DNA of 60,824 nucleotides, filler included, from Desulfonatronovibrionaceae bacterium (GCA_046539845.1; 2 parts of 2 records of this genome joined end to end with filler, not necessarily neighbours in it), one strand, 5' to 3'. Counted from the first letter of the whole stretch, positions 28,873 to 39,700 are shown. Notes: generated from the sequence alone by a model not told the origin. A program made the numbers and translations.

Positions 28873-30219
28873 ATGAGTTTGGACATGGCCTTTAATTGCA
28901 AGAACGCCGACGACGTGATCAAGGCGGTACGGGAATACGAAATCAGTTTTGTTCAGTTCTGGTTCGTGGACGTTTTGGGCACCTTAAAGAGTTTCCAGGT
29001 CACCCCGAATGAGCTCGAGGCCGCATTTGAGGAGGGCATGGGCTTTGACGGTTCATCCATCGAGGGCTTTGCCCGCATCCATGAAAGCGATATGGTTGCC
29101 TTCCCTGATCCAACCTCGTTTCAGGTGGTTTCCTGGAGACCTACTGAAAAGCCGGTGGCCAGGATGTTCTGCGATATAAAGAACCCGGACGGGACCCCGT
29201 ACGAAGGGGACACCCGCTACGCCCTGAAAAGGATGCTCTCCCGGGCCGCGGAAAAGGGATACACGTTTTACACCGGCCCGGAGCTGGAGTTCTTTCTCTT
29301 TGAAAACAATCGCGAGCCCAAGATCCTGGATTACGGCGGATATTTTGATGCACCGCCTCTGGATCTGGCCAACGACATACGCCGGGACATTATTTTCTCC
29401 TTGAACAAGATGGGAATCCAGGTGGAATACAGTCATCATGAGGTGGCTCCCAGCCAGCATGAAATCGATCTCCGCTACCAGGAGGCCCTGAAAATGGCTG
29501 ACACGGCTATCACCTATCGGGTCATAGTCAAGGAGACAGCCCGCAAACACGGCTGCTACGCCACTTTCATGCCCAAGCCCCTGGCCGGGGTGAACGGCAG
29601 CGGCATGCATGTGCACCAGTCCCTTTTCAAAAACGGGAAAAACCTTTTCTATGACGGCAAAGGGGAATTCCACCTGAGCAAGGAAGGCCGGAGCTATATC
29701 GCCGGACTACTCAAACACGCCAAGGAAATAACCGCGCTTTGCAACCAATGGGTAAACTCGTACAAGAGGCTGGTTCCCGGTTACGAGGCCCCGGTTTACG
29801 TGGCCTGGGCCCGGCGCAACCGCTCCTCCCTGGTCCGGGTGCCCATGTACAAACCAGGCAAGGAGGAAGCCACTCGGGTGGAACTGCGCTCCCCGGACCC
29901 GGCCTGCAATATGTATCTGGCCTTTGCCGGCATGCTGGCCGCCGGATTGAAGGGGATTGAGGACGGGTATGAGCTGCCCGATCCCGTGGAAAAGGACATC
30001 TTTGAGATGAATGATGCCGAACGGGCCGATATGGGCATTGAAAACCTCCCCGGAAGCCTGGTGGAGGCCATTGACGAATTGTCCGGCAGCGAAACCATAC
30101 GCGAGGCCCTCGGGGACCATATCTTTAGCCAGTTCATCTCCAACAAGAACATCGAATGGGACGACTACCGGACCCAGATCACTGAATACGAGATAAAGAA
30201 ATACCTGCCGCTTTTGTAG
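28873..30219 (+). CDS. glnA: glutamine synthetase type I
   Basis: FDGSSIEG, GPELEF, HHEVAPSQHE, FMPKP, NGSGMHVHQS and NSYKRLVPGYEAP motifs; ATG at 28873 after AGGAGG. Confidence 0.96.
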   Translation: MSLDMAFNCKNADDVIKAVREYEISFVQFWFVDVLGTLKSFQVTPNELEAAFEEGMGFDGSSIEGFARIHESDMVAFPDPTSFQVVSWRPTEKPVARMFCDIKNPDGTPYEGDTRYALKRMLSRAAEKGYTFYTGPELEFFLFENNREPKILDYGGYFDAPPLDLANDIRRDIIFSLNKMGIQVEYSHHEVAPSQHEIDLRYQEALKMADTAITYRVIVKETARKHGCYATFMPKPLAGVNGSGMHVHQSLFKNGKNLFYDGKGEFHLSKEGRSYIAGLLKHAKEITALCNQWVNSYKRLVPGYEAPVYVAWARRNRSSLVRVPMYKPGKEEATRVELRSPDPACNMYLAFAGMLAAGLKGIEDGYELPDPVEKDIFEMNDAERADMGIENLPGSLVEAIDELSGSETIREALGDHIFSQFISNKNIEWDDYRTQITEYEIKKYLPLL

Positions 30220-30255
30220 GCAAAAGCGGTTATAATTCAATTGACGATTTCCTCC

Positions 30256-30293
30256 CCGCCCGGCACGCAAATCCTGTTTTGAATGCCGGGCGG
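30256..30293 (+). terminator. hairpin after glnA
   Basis: 10-bp stem CCGCCCGGCA / TGCCGGGCGG; weak U-tract. Confidence 0.45.
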
Positions 30294-30687
30294 AATGTAT
30301 ACGGACAGTTAACGCCGAAGCCCATACCCCCCTTGGCTGGACGCGGCCCGGCGGACAGCATACCCGCCCCTAAGCGGCTGTTGTAAGGGCCTTCTCTTGC
30401 CGGCCGTTCCCCAAACCAAGGAACAGTACAAAAAAATTAAAACCCCTTTTTGCTGCTCGGCCGGACATGATCTGCCCAATCCCATCTTTTTCTAACGCTC
30501 GGCCGGTTCCAAAGGCAAAAATTCAAAACTGGACGTTTTTTGCCGTCGTTAGACCTTTGCCCTGCCCAAGGGGGCCGTCCCCTAAAATCTCTTTGCCACC
30601 TTTGCTTTGGCAAGCGAAGGCGAAGCCCAACTTCTGATTCGGGGATAAAAAAGTTACAGTCTTTTGCCTGCTCATTTTTTAACTATA

Positions 30688-30787
30688 NNNNNNNNNNNNN
30701 NNNNNNNNNNNNNNNNNNNNNNNNNNNNNNNTTAATTAATTAANNNNNNNNNNNNNNNNNNNNNNNNNNNNNNNNNNNNNNNNNNNN
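30688..30787. other. artificial contig-joining spacer
   Basis: 44 N + TTAATTAATTAA (stops in all six frames) + 44 N = exactly 100 nt. Confidence 0.97.
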
Positions 30788-30947
30788 AGCGGTAAACATA
30801 AGCACCTAACATTGTTTGATTTATTGTTGGGACACTAGTGACTAGAACTAGTTGCTGATGCGACTGATGCCTTGAATTTGCGCAACCGCCCGAGTTGGTT
30901 CGCTTATTGAAGACAAAGACTAAACCCTATATTATAAGGAGGCAATC

Positions 30948-31526
30948 ATGAAGAGGAAACATTTGATTTTGGGTCTGACAGTACTTCTGGCCGCAGCCAT
31001 GCTGTCCTCGGCAGCGTTGGCCCAGAGGCACGGCCGGGGAATGATGCGCGGGCAGAACTATGCCGATACCCAGTACAGAAGCGGTGACTACGGGCCTTAT
31101 ACCGGACTGAGTGAGGACCAGATTCAGGCCCTGCAAAAGATAAACGAGAAGTACCGTCAGGATCTGGCCGACCTGCAGAATAAGATGCTCCGCAAAAGGA
31201 CGGAGCTGAACAGCCTGCTCGTGCAGGAGAAAGTAGACACATCCAAGGCGACCTCCGTATACAGGGATATCCTGGATATCCGGGCGGATATGTTCGAACT
31301 AGGTCTGAAAAAGCGCTCCGAACTCCAAGACCAGGACCTGAGCCTTCCCTACGGACAGGGCCCGGGTATGATGGGCGGTCCCGGGATGATGCAAGGCCCC
31401 GGATACGGTCCCGGGATGATGCACAGCCCCGGATACGGTCCCGGGATGATGCAAGGCCCCAGATACGGTCCCGGGATGATGCAAGGCCCCGGATACGGTC
31501 CCGGGATGATGCACGGCGGATGGTAA
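30948..31526 (+). CDS. Spy/CpxP/ZraP-like periplasmic protein with GPGMM-repeat tail
   Basis: Signal peptide (AALA), LSEDQ motif followed by a helical hairpin, Met/Gly-rich C-terminus; AAGGAGG RBS. Confidence 0.8.
   Translation: MKRKHLILGLTVLLAAAMLSSAALAQRHGRGMMRGQNYADTQYRSGDYGPYTGLSEDQIQALQKINEKYRQDLADLQNKMLRKRTELNSLLVQEKVDTSKATSVYRDILDIRADMFELGLKKRSELQDQDLSLPYGQGPGMMGGPGMMQGPGYGPGMMHSPGYGPGMMQGPRYGPGMMQGPGYGPGMMHGGW
31377..31517 (+). repeat. 30-bp tandem repeat, about 4.7 copies (GPGMMQGPGY)
   Basis: Unit GGTCCCGGGATGATGCAAGGCCCCGGATAC repeated with few substitutions. Confidence 0.95.
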
Positions 31527-31634
31527 AACAACAAAAGATTTTTTAAGCAAATCCGGACACAAATTCTTGAAAACAACCCGGTAAAAATCCCGTGGGGATG
31601 CATGTTCCCCAGGGGATTTCAAAGGAGAAAAAAT

Positions 31635-31934
31635 ATGGCTTGGCAGAATCTTATTCCCTGCGCACAGTACGGGCCCGGCAGCGGCCCGGGTCACTGGTGG
31701 GGATCGGGCATGATGCCCTTTGGCGGCCTAGGTATGATAATCGTCCTTGTCTTTGCCGCGGTTGTCGTTTTCCTCCTGGTCCGACTTTTGCGTAGCCTGC
31801 CACAGTCCCCGGAGAGATCCGAGCCCAAAACGCGCGAGGAATCGGCACTGGACATCCTCAAAAAGCGCTATGCCCGGGGGGAAATAGACGGAGACGAATT
31901 CAAACGGATGAAAAAAGATATCGAGCAAGGCTGA
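31635..31934 (+). CDS. SHOCT-domain membrane protein
   Basis: One TM helix and C-terminal SALDILKKRYARGEIDGDEF; ATG after AAGGAG. Confidence 0.85.
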   Translation: MAWQNLIPCAQYGPGSGPGHWWGSGMMPFGGLGMIIVLVFAAVVVFLLVRLLRSLPQSPERSEPKTREESALDILKKRYARGEIDGDEFKRMKKDIEQG

Positions 31935-31972
31935 AGCGGGGGCCGGTGGCAGCCTTGTTTCGTCCGCCAAGC

Positions 31973-32620
31973 TCAGCCCAGACAGGAAAGCACAGCGAAA
32001 TAATGCAGTGCGCTCCCGGCCAGGACAAAGATATGCCACACGGTATGGCTGAAGCGCACTGTTTTGCGCACGTAGAACACCACCCCTGCGCTGTAGCAAA
32101 ATCCTCCGGCCAGAAGAAAATATAGTCCGACTGCAGGTACATGGGTGATCATCTCTTTTAAGGCTATTAGACACATCCAGCCCATGCCCAGGTACAAAAC
32201 AAGGGAGAGCCTGCGAAAGCGATGGATGTCCGTCCACTTGAGTATTATCCCCAGCAGGGCCAGCCCCCACACTGCCCCGAAGATGCTCCACCCCCACGGA
32301 CCACGCAGGTTTATAAGCATAAACGGGGTATAAGTCCCGGCAATGAGCAGAAAAATAGCCGAGTGATCCATCTTCTTGAAAAACGTCTTCTGCCGCGGGG
32401 CTTTTAAGGAGTGGTACAAAGCGGATGAGAGATATAAAAAGACCAAACTGATACCGAAAACAGAAAAGCTTAGCACATGCCAGGCGCTGCCCTGTGTGCA
32501 GGCGTGAATCACCAAAACCACCAAGCCGACCAAGCTGAGGAGCAGGCCAAGCCCATGCGTCAGGCCGTTGAACAATTCCTCGGTCGGGGAATAACCGCGT
32601 GCAGAACGGTCGGTGCTCAT
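31973..32620 (-). CDS. hemolysin III / PAQR family membrane protein
   Basis: EELFNGLTH, SALYH, DHSAIFLLIAGTYTPF and HTVWHIFVLAG motifs. Confidence 0.93.
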   Translation of the reverse strand: MSTDRSARGYSPTEELFNGLTHGLGLLLSLVGLVVLVIHACTQGSAWHVLSFSVFGISLVFLYLSSALYHSLKAPRQKTFFKKMDHSAIFLLIAGTYTPFMLINLRGPWGWSIFGAVWGLALLGIILKWTDIHRFRRLSLVLYLGMGWMCLIALKEMITHVPAVGLYFLLAGGFCYSAGVVFYVRKTVRFSHTVWHIFVLAGSALHYFAVLSCLG

Positions 32621-32663
32621 TCCGGTCTCCTGTGTTCCAGGGGAAAAGACCGTATCTTCGACT

Positions 32664-33554
32664 CTAGACCCTGCGTCTGCTCCCGGCCCCCAGTCCGGCC
32701 AAAAGGCCGCTCAAAAGGGCCACAAAAAGGAGTATGCCCATGAATAAAAGCAGGTACTGCCAGGGCAGGTATTGAATGCGGATCCAGAAGGGCGGAAAAT
32801 GCAGGACCTCCTGCAGGCCCAGCTGAATAAGCTTGAGCAGCCCCAAGGCGAGCACACCGCCTGCAAACGCCTGCAAAAGCCCCACAGTCAAAAGGGGGAG
32901 ACGCATGAAAAACCGGCTGGCCCCGATTATGGACAAAATCTCCATATCCTCCTTGCGACCGGACTGGGCCAGCTTTATGGTATTGGCCACTATCAGACCC
33001 AACATCACGAACAAAGCGATATTCAAAGGCCAGACTATGGTCTTGACCACCCGGACCCAGGTCTGGGCCAAATCCATCTGCAGCGGGTTGTAGTGCACTT
33101 CCTTCACCCCGGGCATGGCCTGCAAACGGTTTAAAATCTCCCGGCTCCACTCACCCGGATTATCCTCGGGCAGCCCGACGCGGACCACTGCGGTGTACGG
33201 CAGGGGATTATCCCCCTCCAGGGCCGCAAAGTCCTGCCCCTGGCCGAAGTCTTCGGACATGACCCTGAGTGCGGTCTCCGGGGTAAAGGTCTGGACCTCG
33301 CTCCCGGAGATGTCCTCCAGCTCGGCCCACTGCCTGCGTACAGTCTCCTCTTCGGTCCCTTTTTCCCAATATATCTGAAATTCTACACTGCTCTGCGGTC
33401 CGCTGAAAAGGAGCTGCAGATTGAAGAGCAAAAGCAGAAAAAACGCCGCCAAAAGAGCCATGAGAGTGACCGCGGTCAGGGTCAGGGCCTGAACGCCCCG
33501 CGTGCGGCGTACGTCGCGAAACCCCTCGGCCACCAGACGGAAAAACAAACGCAT
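32664..33554 (-). CDS. ftsX: cell-division permease FtsX
   Basis: NPLP periplasmic motif, IVANTIKL and IIGAS...RLP; downstream of ftsE. Confidence 0.88.
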   Translation of the reverse strand: MRLFFRLVAEGFRDVRRTRGVQALTLTAVTLMALLAAFFLLLLFNLQLLFSGPQSSVEFQIYWEKGTEEETVRRQWAELEDISGSEVQTFTPETALRVMSEDFGQGQDFAALEGDNPLPYTAVVRVGLPEDNPGEWSREILNRLQAMPGVKEVHYNPLQMDLAQTWVRVVKTIVWPLNIALFVMLGLIVANTIKLAQSGRKEDMEILSIIGASRFFMRLPLLTVGLLQAFAGGVLALGLLKLIQLGLQEVLHFPPFWIRIQYLPWQYLLLFMGILLFVALLSGLLAGLGAGSRRRV

Positions 33555-34231
33555 CAGTCCACCTCCGCAGTCCAGTTTGTCCCGACCACCCGGCCGGATT
33601 CCAGGGACAGGACCTTGGCCTCGGGCTGGACGCGCAAAAGCTCCTCACTGTGCGTGGCCAGGACAATGGTCGTCCCATAGGTGTGGAACTTGCGGAATAT
33701 CTGCAAAAGACGCCAGGAGAGTCCGCTGTCCAGGTTCCCGGTGGGCTCGTCCGCCAAAATAAGCTTGGGATTGACCACTATGGCCCGGCCTATGGCCACC
33801 CTCTGCTGCTCCCCGCCGGAGAGCTCCTCGCAGTTGCACATGGACATATTATCTAGATGCAGGCTGCGCAAAACAGCCCGAACCCGTTTTGCAATCTGGG
33901 ACCGGGGCATGCCCTGGACCACCAGGGGCAGGGCCACATTCTCCCACACGGTGCGGTCGGGCATGATCTTGAAATCCTGAAAGACCACGCTGACCTGTCT
34001 GCGGAGCAGGTGTAAATGTCTGGGTTTGAGGGTCTTCAAGTCAAAGTCAGCCACCCTGGCCCGGCCGGCCTGGACCGGGAGGCTGCCGTGCAGAATGCGC
34101 ATGAGAGTGGTCTTGCCCGCTCCGGACGGACCGGTCAGAAACAGAAATTCCCCTTTTTCCACGTTAAAGGACACATTTTTAAGCGCCCAGTTGCGGCCGA
34201 AACTATGGGACAGATGAGACAGTTCAATCAT
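33554..34231 (-). CDS. ftsE: cell-division ATPase FtsE
   Basis: LTGPSGAGKTT, VVFQDFK, LSGGEQQRVAI and ADEPTGNLD motifs. Confidence 0.92.
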   Translation of the reverse strand: MIELSHLSHSFGRNWALKNVSFNVEKGEFLFLTGPSGAGKTTLMRILHGSLPVQAGRARVADFDLKTLKPRHLHLLRRQVSVVFQDFKIMPDRTVWENVALPLVVQGMPRSQIAKRVRAVLRSLHLDNMSMCNCEELSGGEQQRVAIGRAIVVNPKLILADEPTGNLDSGLSWRLLQIFRKFHTYGTTIVLATHSEELLRVQPEAKVLSLESGRVVGTNWTAEVD

Positions 34232-35391
34232 TGCGGCTGTTCACTCCGTTGAAACCTACGCAAAAGAGACTCGGCCTGGCCAAAACCCGGCTCCAATTCC
34301 AGCGCCCTCTTAAGGCGCTTGATGGCCCGGGTCTTTTTTTCGTGGTAATAATCCGCAATCGCAGCGTTGTACAGGAGTTTGCAGTTGTCCGGATCCTTAT
34401 TTAGGGCGGTTGCGTACAGATCTGCAGCATCCTCCATCCTGCCCTGCTTGCGCAGAAAAACCGCGTAGTTATTCAAAACATCCGAGCTCAGATACTCAAA
34501 TATAAACGGGGCAAATCCCTTTTCCCCCTCTTCGCCCAGATTCCGGGCGGTGTATAGGCCCCAGATTTCCTGCTTGATCCAGGACTCCTTGGGAGCCACG
34601 TTGATCGCCTTTTGAAAGCTCTCCCTGGCCCGGACAAAATCCCCGTCCAACAGGCACACGTCTCCCAAAGTCAAAAGACAATCCACGCTGCGTGGATTTA
34701 TCTCCAGGGCCTTGTCCAGACTCTTTTGGGCCTCGGACCATTGTTCCCCGGCCATTTCCAGCTTGGCCCGCAGATGCCAGGCCCGGCTCATAAGCGGATT
34801 TATATCCAGGGCCTTGTCCACCGCTTCTTTGGCCCGATGGGGCTCCCCGGCCTGAAAAAGGACAGCTGCCAGTTCATAAAGGATCCTGGACTCCAGGGAA
34901 GGGGCTTCTTTTAAAAACGCAACCAGTTTCTCCTCGGCCGCGGCGAACTCGGAATTCTTGCACAGCTCACGTGTTTCTCTAAGTACAGCAGTCAATTTAT
35001 GGCGGGGGTTCATGGAATCCAGGTGCTTGAGTTTATCCAAAAGGACATCCACCTCGAGCGGCTTGACCATGTATTCGGTGACCCCGAGATCGCAGGCCTG
35101 GGCCACGTCCTCGGTTTCGCTCTTGGAGGTCAAGAATAAAAATGGGATGTCTTCCCATTCCTCCCGGCTTCGGATGCGGTGCAGCAGCTCGGCCCCGTTC
35201 ATGCGGGGCATCTTCCAGTCGGAGATGACCAGTTTTATCCCCGGGTTATTCTCCAGAACCTGCAAGGCCTCCTCACCGTTCGCCCCTTCCTGTATATTCT
35301 TGTATCCGAGAACGCGCAGGATATTCATGACTGTCTCCCGGGCGGGCTGGATATCGTCAACCACCAGAATACAGCTATCCTTGTCCAGCAT
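34228..35391 (-). CDS. response regulator (REC) with TPR repeats
   Basis: LVVDD, SDWKMP and YMVKP receiver motifs followed by several TPR motifs (ALDINP, ALEINP, ALELEP). Confidence 0.88.
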   Translation of the reverse strand: MLDKDSCILVVDDIQPARETVMNILRVLGYKNIQEGANGEEALQVLENNPGIKLVISDWKMPRMNGAELLHRIRSREEWEDIPFLFLTSKSETEDVAQACDLGVTEYMVKPLEVDVLLDKLKHLDSMNPRHKLTAVLRETRELCKNSEFAAAEEKLVAFLKEAPSLESRILYELAAVLFQAGEPHRAKEAVDKALDINPLMSRAWHLRAKLEMAGEQWSEAQKSLDKALEINPRSVDCLLTLGDVCLLDGDFVRARESFQKAINVAPKESWIKQEIWGLYTARNLGEEGEKGFAPFIFEYLSSDVLNNYAVFLRKQGRMEDAADLYATALNKDPDNCKLLYNAAIADYYHEKKTRAIKRLKRALELEPGFGQAESLLRRFQRSEQPQ

Positions 35392-36715
35392 CGCTTTCCT
35401 CCTGCGGCGCATACAAGGTTACGCAGAAAACACTCCCCCCTTCCGGGGCGTCCTCAACCCAAATGCGGCCATGCATAATGGTCACAATACGGTTGCAGAT
35501 AAAAAGCCCCACTCCCGTGCCCTGGATATCCTTGTCCCGCTCTGCGCGGCTGAAACGGTCGAATATCTTTTTCTTCAGCTCATCCGGAACCCCGGGGCCG
35601 CTGTCCCGGACGCATATCTTGACTATCCGGTCATACCTGTCCTCGGACCGTTTGGAGTCCAAAACATCCCAGTAGACATGTACGTCCCCGCCCACGGGCG
35701 TGTATTTTATGGCATTGGACAAAAGATTGCTCAAGAGATGGGCAAGGAGGGAGTTCTCGGCAATGACCCGGACCTCGGCACCGGAATCCAGGGCAAGGTT
35801 TATTTCCCTGGCCTCGGCAGTGGGAGCGGCTTCCTGCATGGCCTTTTGCACTTGCGGCAAAAGCGCGGTCGGCTGCAGGCGGCCTTTCTGCTCCTGCCAT
35901 TGATCCAGTCTGGCCACCTGCAAAAAGTCGTTTATCATCTCCAGGAGCTTGCTCGCCCCGTTTCTGGCCGTATCCAGGATATTTTCCTGCTCTTCGGAAA
36001 TGCCAATATAGCGCAAAAGATCCAGATTGGAGATCACCGCGGACAAAGGACTCTTGAAATCATGGACCACCATCTGGACCAACTCGCTCCTCTCGGTATG
36101 GGTGATCAAAAGCTCCTTTTGCTTCAGTTCCAGTTCGCGGACCAAGGCTTGGTAGCGGTCCTTTTCCCGGGCCAGGCTGTCCACTAGGCAGGAGTTCTCC
36201 ACCAGGGGGGAGATCAAGGCGGAGTATTCGCGCAAGATCTGGCGGTCGTCCTCGGTAAAGCAGGTATCTTTCTCCCTTTCCGAGCAGTTAATCACCCCGA
36301 TGGAACGCCGCTTTGAGCCCAGAAGCGGGACACACAAAAGGGAATCGGTCCGGTACGGATCCCCGCGGCCGGCTGCCGGCCGGAACATATCACTTTTGTT
36401 TATATCCCGGATAAGAAGGGGTACCGAGGTCTGAAAGGCATATCCGGAAATGGACCGCGGATCCACCGCCTGAACCACCCCCACTATGTCCGGATTGGTG
36501 GCCGCGACTACCTCCAGACCGTCCTTCTCCGGGTCCCAAAGCATAATCGAACCGCGCCTACCCCGGATTTTGTCCAAAATAAACTCCAGGCTTCGGTTCA
36601 GGCGCACCCCCAGGGACAGCTCACTGTCCATGAGCACACGGACAACACCACGGATAGATGCGGTGTCCCCAACACAAACTTCCCGGGCCTCAGCAATGGG
36701 CGTGCCTTTATCCAT
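35375..36715 (-). CDS. cytoplasmic GAF-domain sensor histidine kinase
   Basis: GAF (SLLCVPL...IGVIN...FTEDD), H-box HDFKSPL, NLLSNAIKY, DSGPG and GTGVGL; no TM segment. Confidence 0.9.
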   Translation of the reverse strand: MDKGTPIAEAREVCVGDTASIRGVVRVLMDSELSLGVRLNRSLEFILDKIRGRRGSIMLWDPEKDGLEVVAATNPDIVGVVQAVDPRSISGYAFQTSVPLLIRDINKSDMFRPAAGRGDPYRTDSLLCVPLLGSKRRSIGVINCSEREKDTCFTEDDRQILREYSALISPLVENSCLVDSLAREKDRYQALVRELELKQKELLITHTERSELVQMVVHDFKSPLSAVISNLDLLRYIGISEEQENILDTARNGASKLLEMINDFLQVARLDQWQEQKGRLQPTALLPQVQKAMQEAAPTAEAREINLALDSGAEVRVIAENSLLAHLLSNLLSNAIKYTPVGGDVHVYWDVLDSKRSEDRYDRIVKICVRDSGPGVPDELKKKIFDRFSRAERDKDIQGTGVGLFICNRIVTIMHGRIWVEDAPEGGSVFCVTLYAPQEESDAGQG

Positions 36716-36736
36716 TGGGCCTCTTAGCGCTCTCTA

Positions 36737-39700
36737 TCAACCGCACTTGGTATAGCCGCAAGCCTGGCAGACAAAACAGCCCTCCTGGAAGATGAGTTCC
36801 TCCCCGCATTCCGGACAGCCCGGTCGGTTCAGGTCATGAAAATCTGATTTCACCCCTTCCCCGTCCAGATACCTGTTTTCCAGGACCCAGGCAACCGCAT
36901 CCGGGATGGAGAGCAAAAGTCCCTTTTTCTGGAACACTGGATGCTCACCGCCTATGCCCTTGAGCTGGCTGACCACCTCCCGGACGTCGATGCCGGATCG
37001 TAGGGCCAGGGAAACCAGCCTGCCGATGGCCTCGGCCTTGGCCGTGATGGATCGACCGGAACGGCCGATGGTGGCAAAGACCTCGAATGGGCGGTTGTCC
37101 ACCTCGTTTACTGTCAGATACAGATCGCCCAGGCCGGTACTCACTTTCTGGGTAAACCCGTAAACGATCTCCGGCCTGTCCTTTACCCGGCGGGAGCCAC
37201 TCCTGGCCCGTTCCTCGTCCCGCTCCGAGCCCTCGCCTGTACTCAGGACCTGGGTGGTCTTGCACCCGTCCCGGTAAACGGTCACTCCCTTACAGCCCAG
37301 CTCATAGGCCAGCCAATAAATGCCCCAGATGTCCTCCTGGGTGGCGGTGTTGGGCAGATTAACCGTTTTGGAGACCGCGTTGTCCGTGTATTTCTGGAAC
37401 GCAGCCTGCATCTTCAAATGCACTTCCGGCTCTATATCCATGGAAGTGACAAATACCTCCCGGAGCTGAGGATCCAGAAAATCCATGTCCCGGATTGTCC
37501 CCTTGCGGGCGATATCCTGCATGAGCTTGGGGCTGTAGCTCTGGGCCTCCTTCAGGGCCTGCTCGAAATAGGGGTTAACCTCGAGCAATCTCTCCCCGTC
37601 CATGACCTGGCGGGTGAAGCTCAGGGCGAAAAGCGGTTCGACTCCCGAGGAACACCCGGCGATAATGGACAGGGTCCCGGTGGGCGCGATCGTGGTTGTG
37701 GTCGCGTTGCGGTAGGGCCCGAAATTCTGCTCCGCATAAACCGACTCCTCATAGGCAGGAAACGGCCCTCTCTCCTTGGCCAGGACCTTGGAGGCGGACC
37801 AGGATTCTTTTTGAAAGAAATCCATGAGCTTTTCCCCGAGGCTCAGGGCCTCGTAGCTGTTATACGGAATGCGCATCCGGTACAAAAGATCGGCCCAGCC
37901 CATCACACCCAGGCCTATCTTACGGTTCTTGTGCACTGTGTCTGCGATCCTCTGCAGGGGATATCTGGAAGAATCTATTACGTTGTCCAGAAAGCGTACA
38001 CTCAGGTGGATGGTCTTTTTCAGCTCCTCATAATCAACATCCCCGGAGGAAGGAGAATAGAAACAAGCCAGGTTTATGGACCCCAGATTGCAGGCCTCGT
38101 AGGGAAGGAGCGGTTGTTCGCCGCAGTTGTGGACCACCAGACCATTGGCGTCAAAGCAATTGGCACCGGGAATACGGACGTCGAAGACTTCCTCCTCGCC
38201 TTCCGGCTGTAGCCGATCAACAGTGGCCAGAAAATATTCCCGGTAAAGACCCCGGTTATAGCTTTTCAAGACCTGTTCAAGCCGGGAGCTCTTGTCCTCG
38301 TCCCTGAACCCGATGCGCCGGGCGAAAACTTCCATGTTGGACTTGCTTATCACCAGCTCATGCTGCGCCCGGACAGCATAATTTTTCCGCCCGCCCTTGC
38401 CGTCTGGAAGGCTGGTTTCTCCCTCAGGCCTGCGGTTTTGGTAAATAACCGATTTTATCCCCAATCTGAGCAGCATCCTCTGCACGGCCAAGAGGGTATC
38501 CTCATTGCTCTGAGCCAGCCGTATGCTGTGCCCCTTGGCAAAGGAGCCCTGAACTGAGCCATCCGCGTCAAACAACCCGGACAAAAAAGAGGCACAGAAC
38601 TCTGAGGAGCATTCTTCCAGCTCAGGAGTTATGCGCTTGTTACCCGGGGACATTCCCAAATCCAGGCACACGGATTTGATGCTTCCAAGGGTCAGCCGAT
38701 ATTCGCCCCGGTTTTTCATCTTTTGCCAGCCGGCAAAATCCTGGCGATGGGCAAGACCGTGCGCGCACCTTAAAGCGGACTGCATTATCCCGTTTTGGGG
38801 AAGCTCATCCCCGTTAGCCGCCTCCGCCCGAGGCCAGCAGGAAATAACCGCCTTGTCCTCTTTTAATACCCCGTCGCCCACAAGCAGACCCAGAAGATAG
38901 CCTTCATTCTCGCCGTACTTCCCTTCCCAGCCGGAAAAGTCGCGGAGATCATTTAAAACAATCCTGTCTCCCGGGGTAAGCTCTTCCGCGCGCACCCACT
39001 CCTTTTGCACTGTTTTGCGCTTTACCGAAGCCGCTCTGTACACCGGATGATCCCCGGTGAGCCGCAGCCGGAACCCTTCTTTGGTGGTGAGGGAATAGAC
39101 TGGCTTGCGGCCGGTGGAGAAAAAACCGTCCGCCTCACTGCAAAAAAGTCGGCCGTTTACAATCGCGGTGAATTCCCGGCCGAGCAAATCGGCCACGCGC
39201 CGGGGGCCTTGTGCGGTACAGACAAAAGTATCCCTGGTAACGCAGGGGTTGGTGCTCTCTATCTCTCCCTGCTTCGGAGTGGGGTTGTCCCGGTTTATGC
39301 GATCCAGAAAGACTATGCCCGGATCCCCGCTCTCCCAGGCCTTCCGGACCAGAAGGGCAAAAACCTCCCGGGCATTGAGTCTGCCCTTTTCCTTCCCGTT
39401 TTGCGGGGCCAGAAGCGGATAGTCCTCGTTGTGTTCCACCGCCTGCATGAATTTTTCGGTCAGGGCCACGGAAAGATTGAAGTTATTCAAATCCCCGTCC
39501 CGCTCCTTGGCCTTGATAAAATCCAAAACATCCGGATGGTCCACGCGCAGAATGCCCATGTTCGCCCCGCGCCTGGTCCCGCCCTGCTTGACCTGTTCCG
39601 TGGCCGTGTTGAAAATACGCAGAAAGGAAAGCGGGCCCGAGGCTATGCCCCCGGTGGAGCCCACCCGACTGTCCTTGGGCCGCAGACGGGAAAAAGAAAA

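Noticed and set aside
30490..30554. TTCTAAC...GTTAGAC as an integron attC site
   Set aside because: The interior lacks L-box complementarity, and there is no cassette ORF or integrase
31377..31517. 30-bp repeats as a CRISPR array
   Set aside because: Units are directly adjacent with no unique spacers, lie in frame within a CDS, and no cas genes are present
34958..36187. Long antisense ORFs (also 667-1557, 10599-11741, 16750-17916, 59046-60395)
   Set aside because: They are shadows of well-supported genes on the opposite strand in GC-rich DNA and have no motifs
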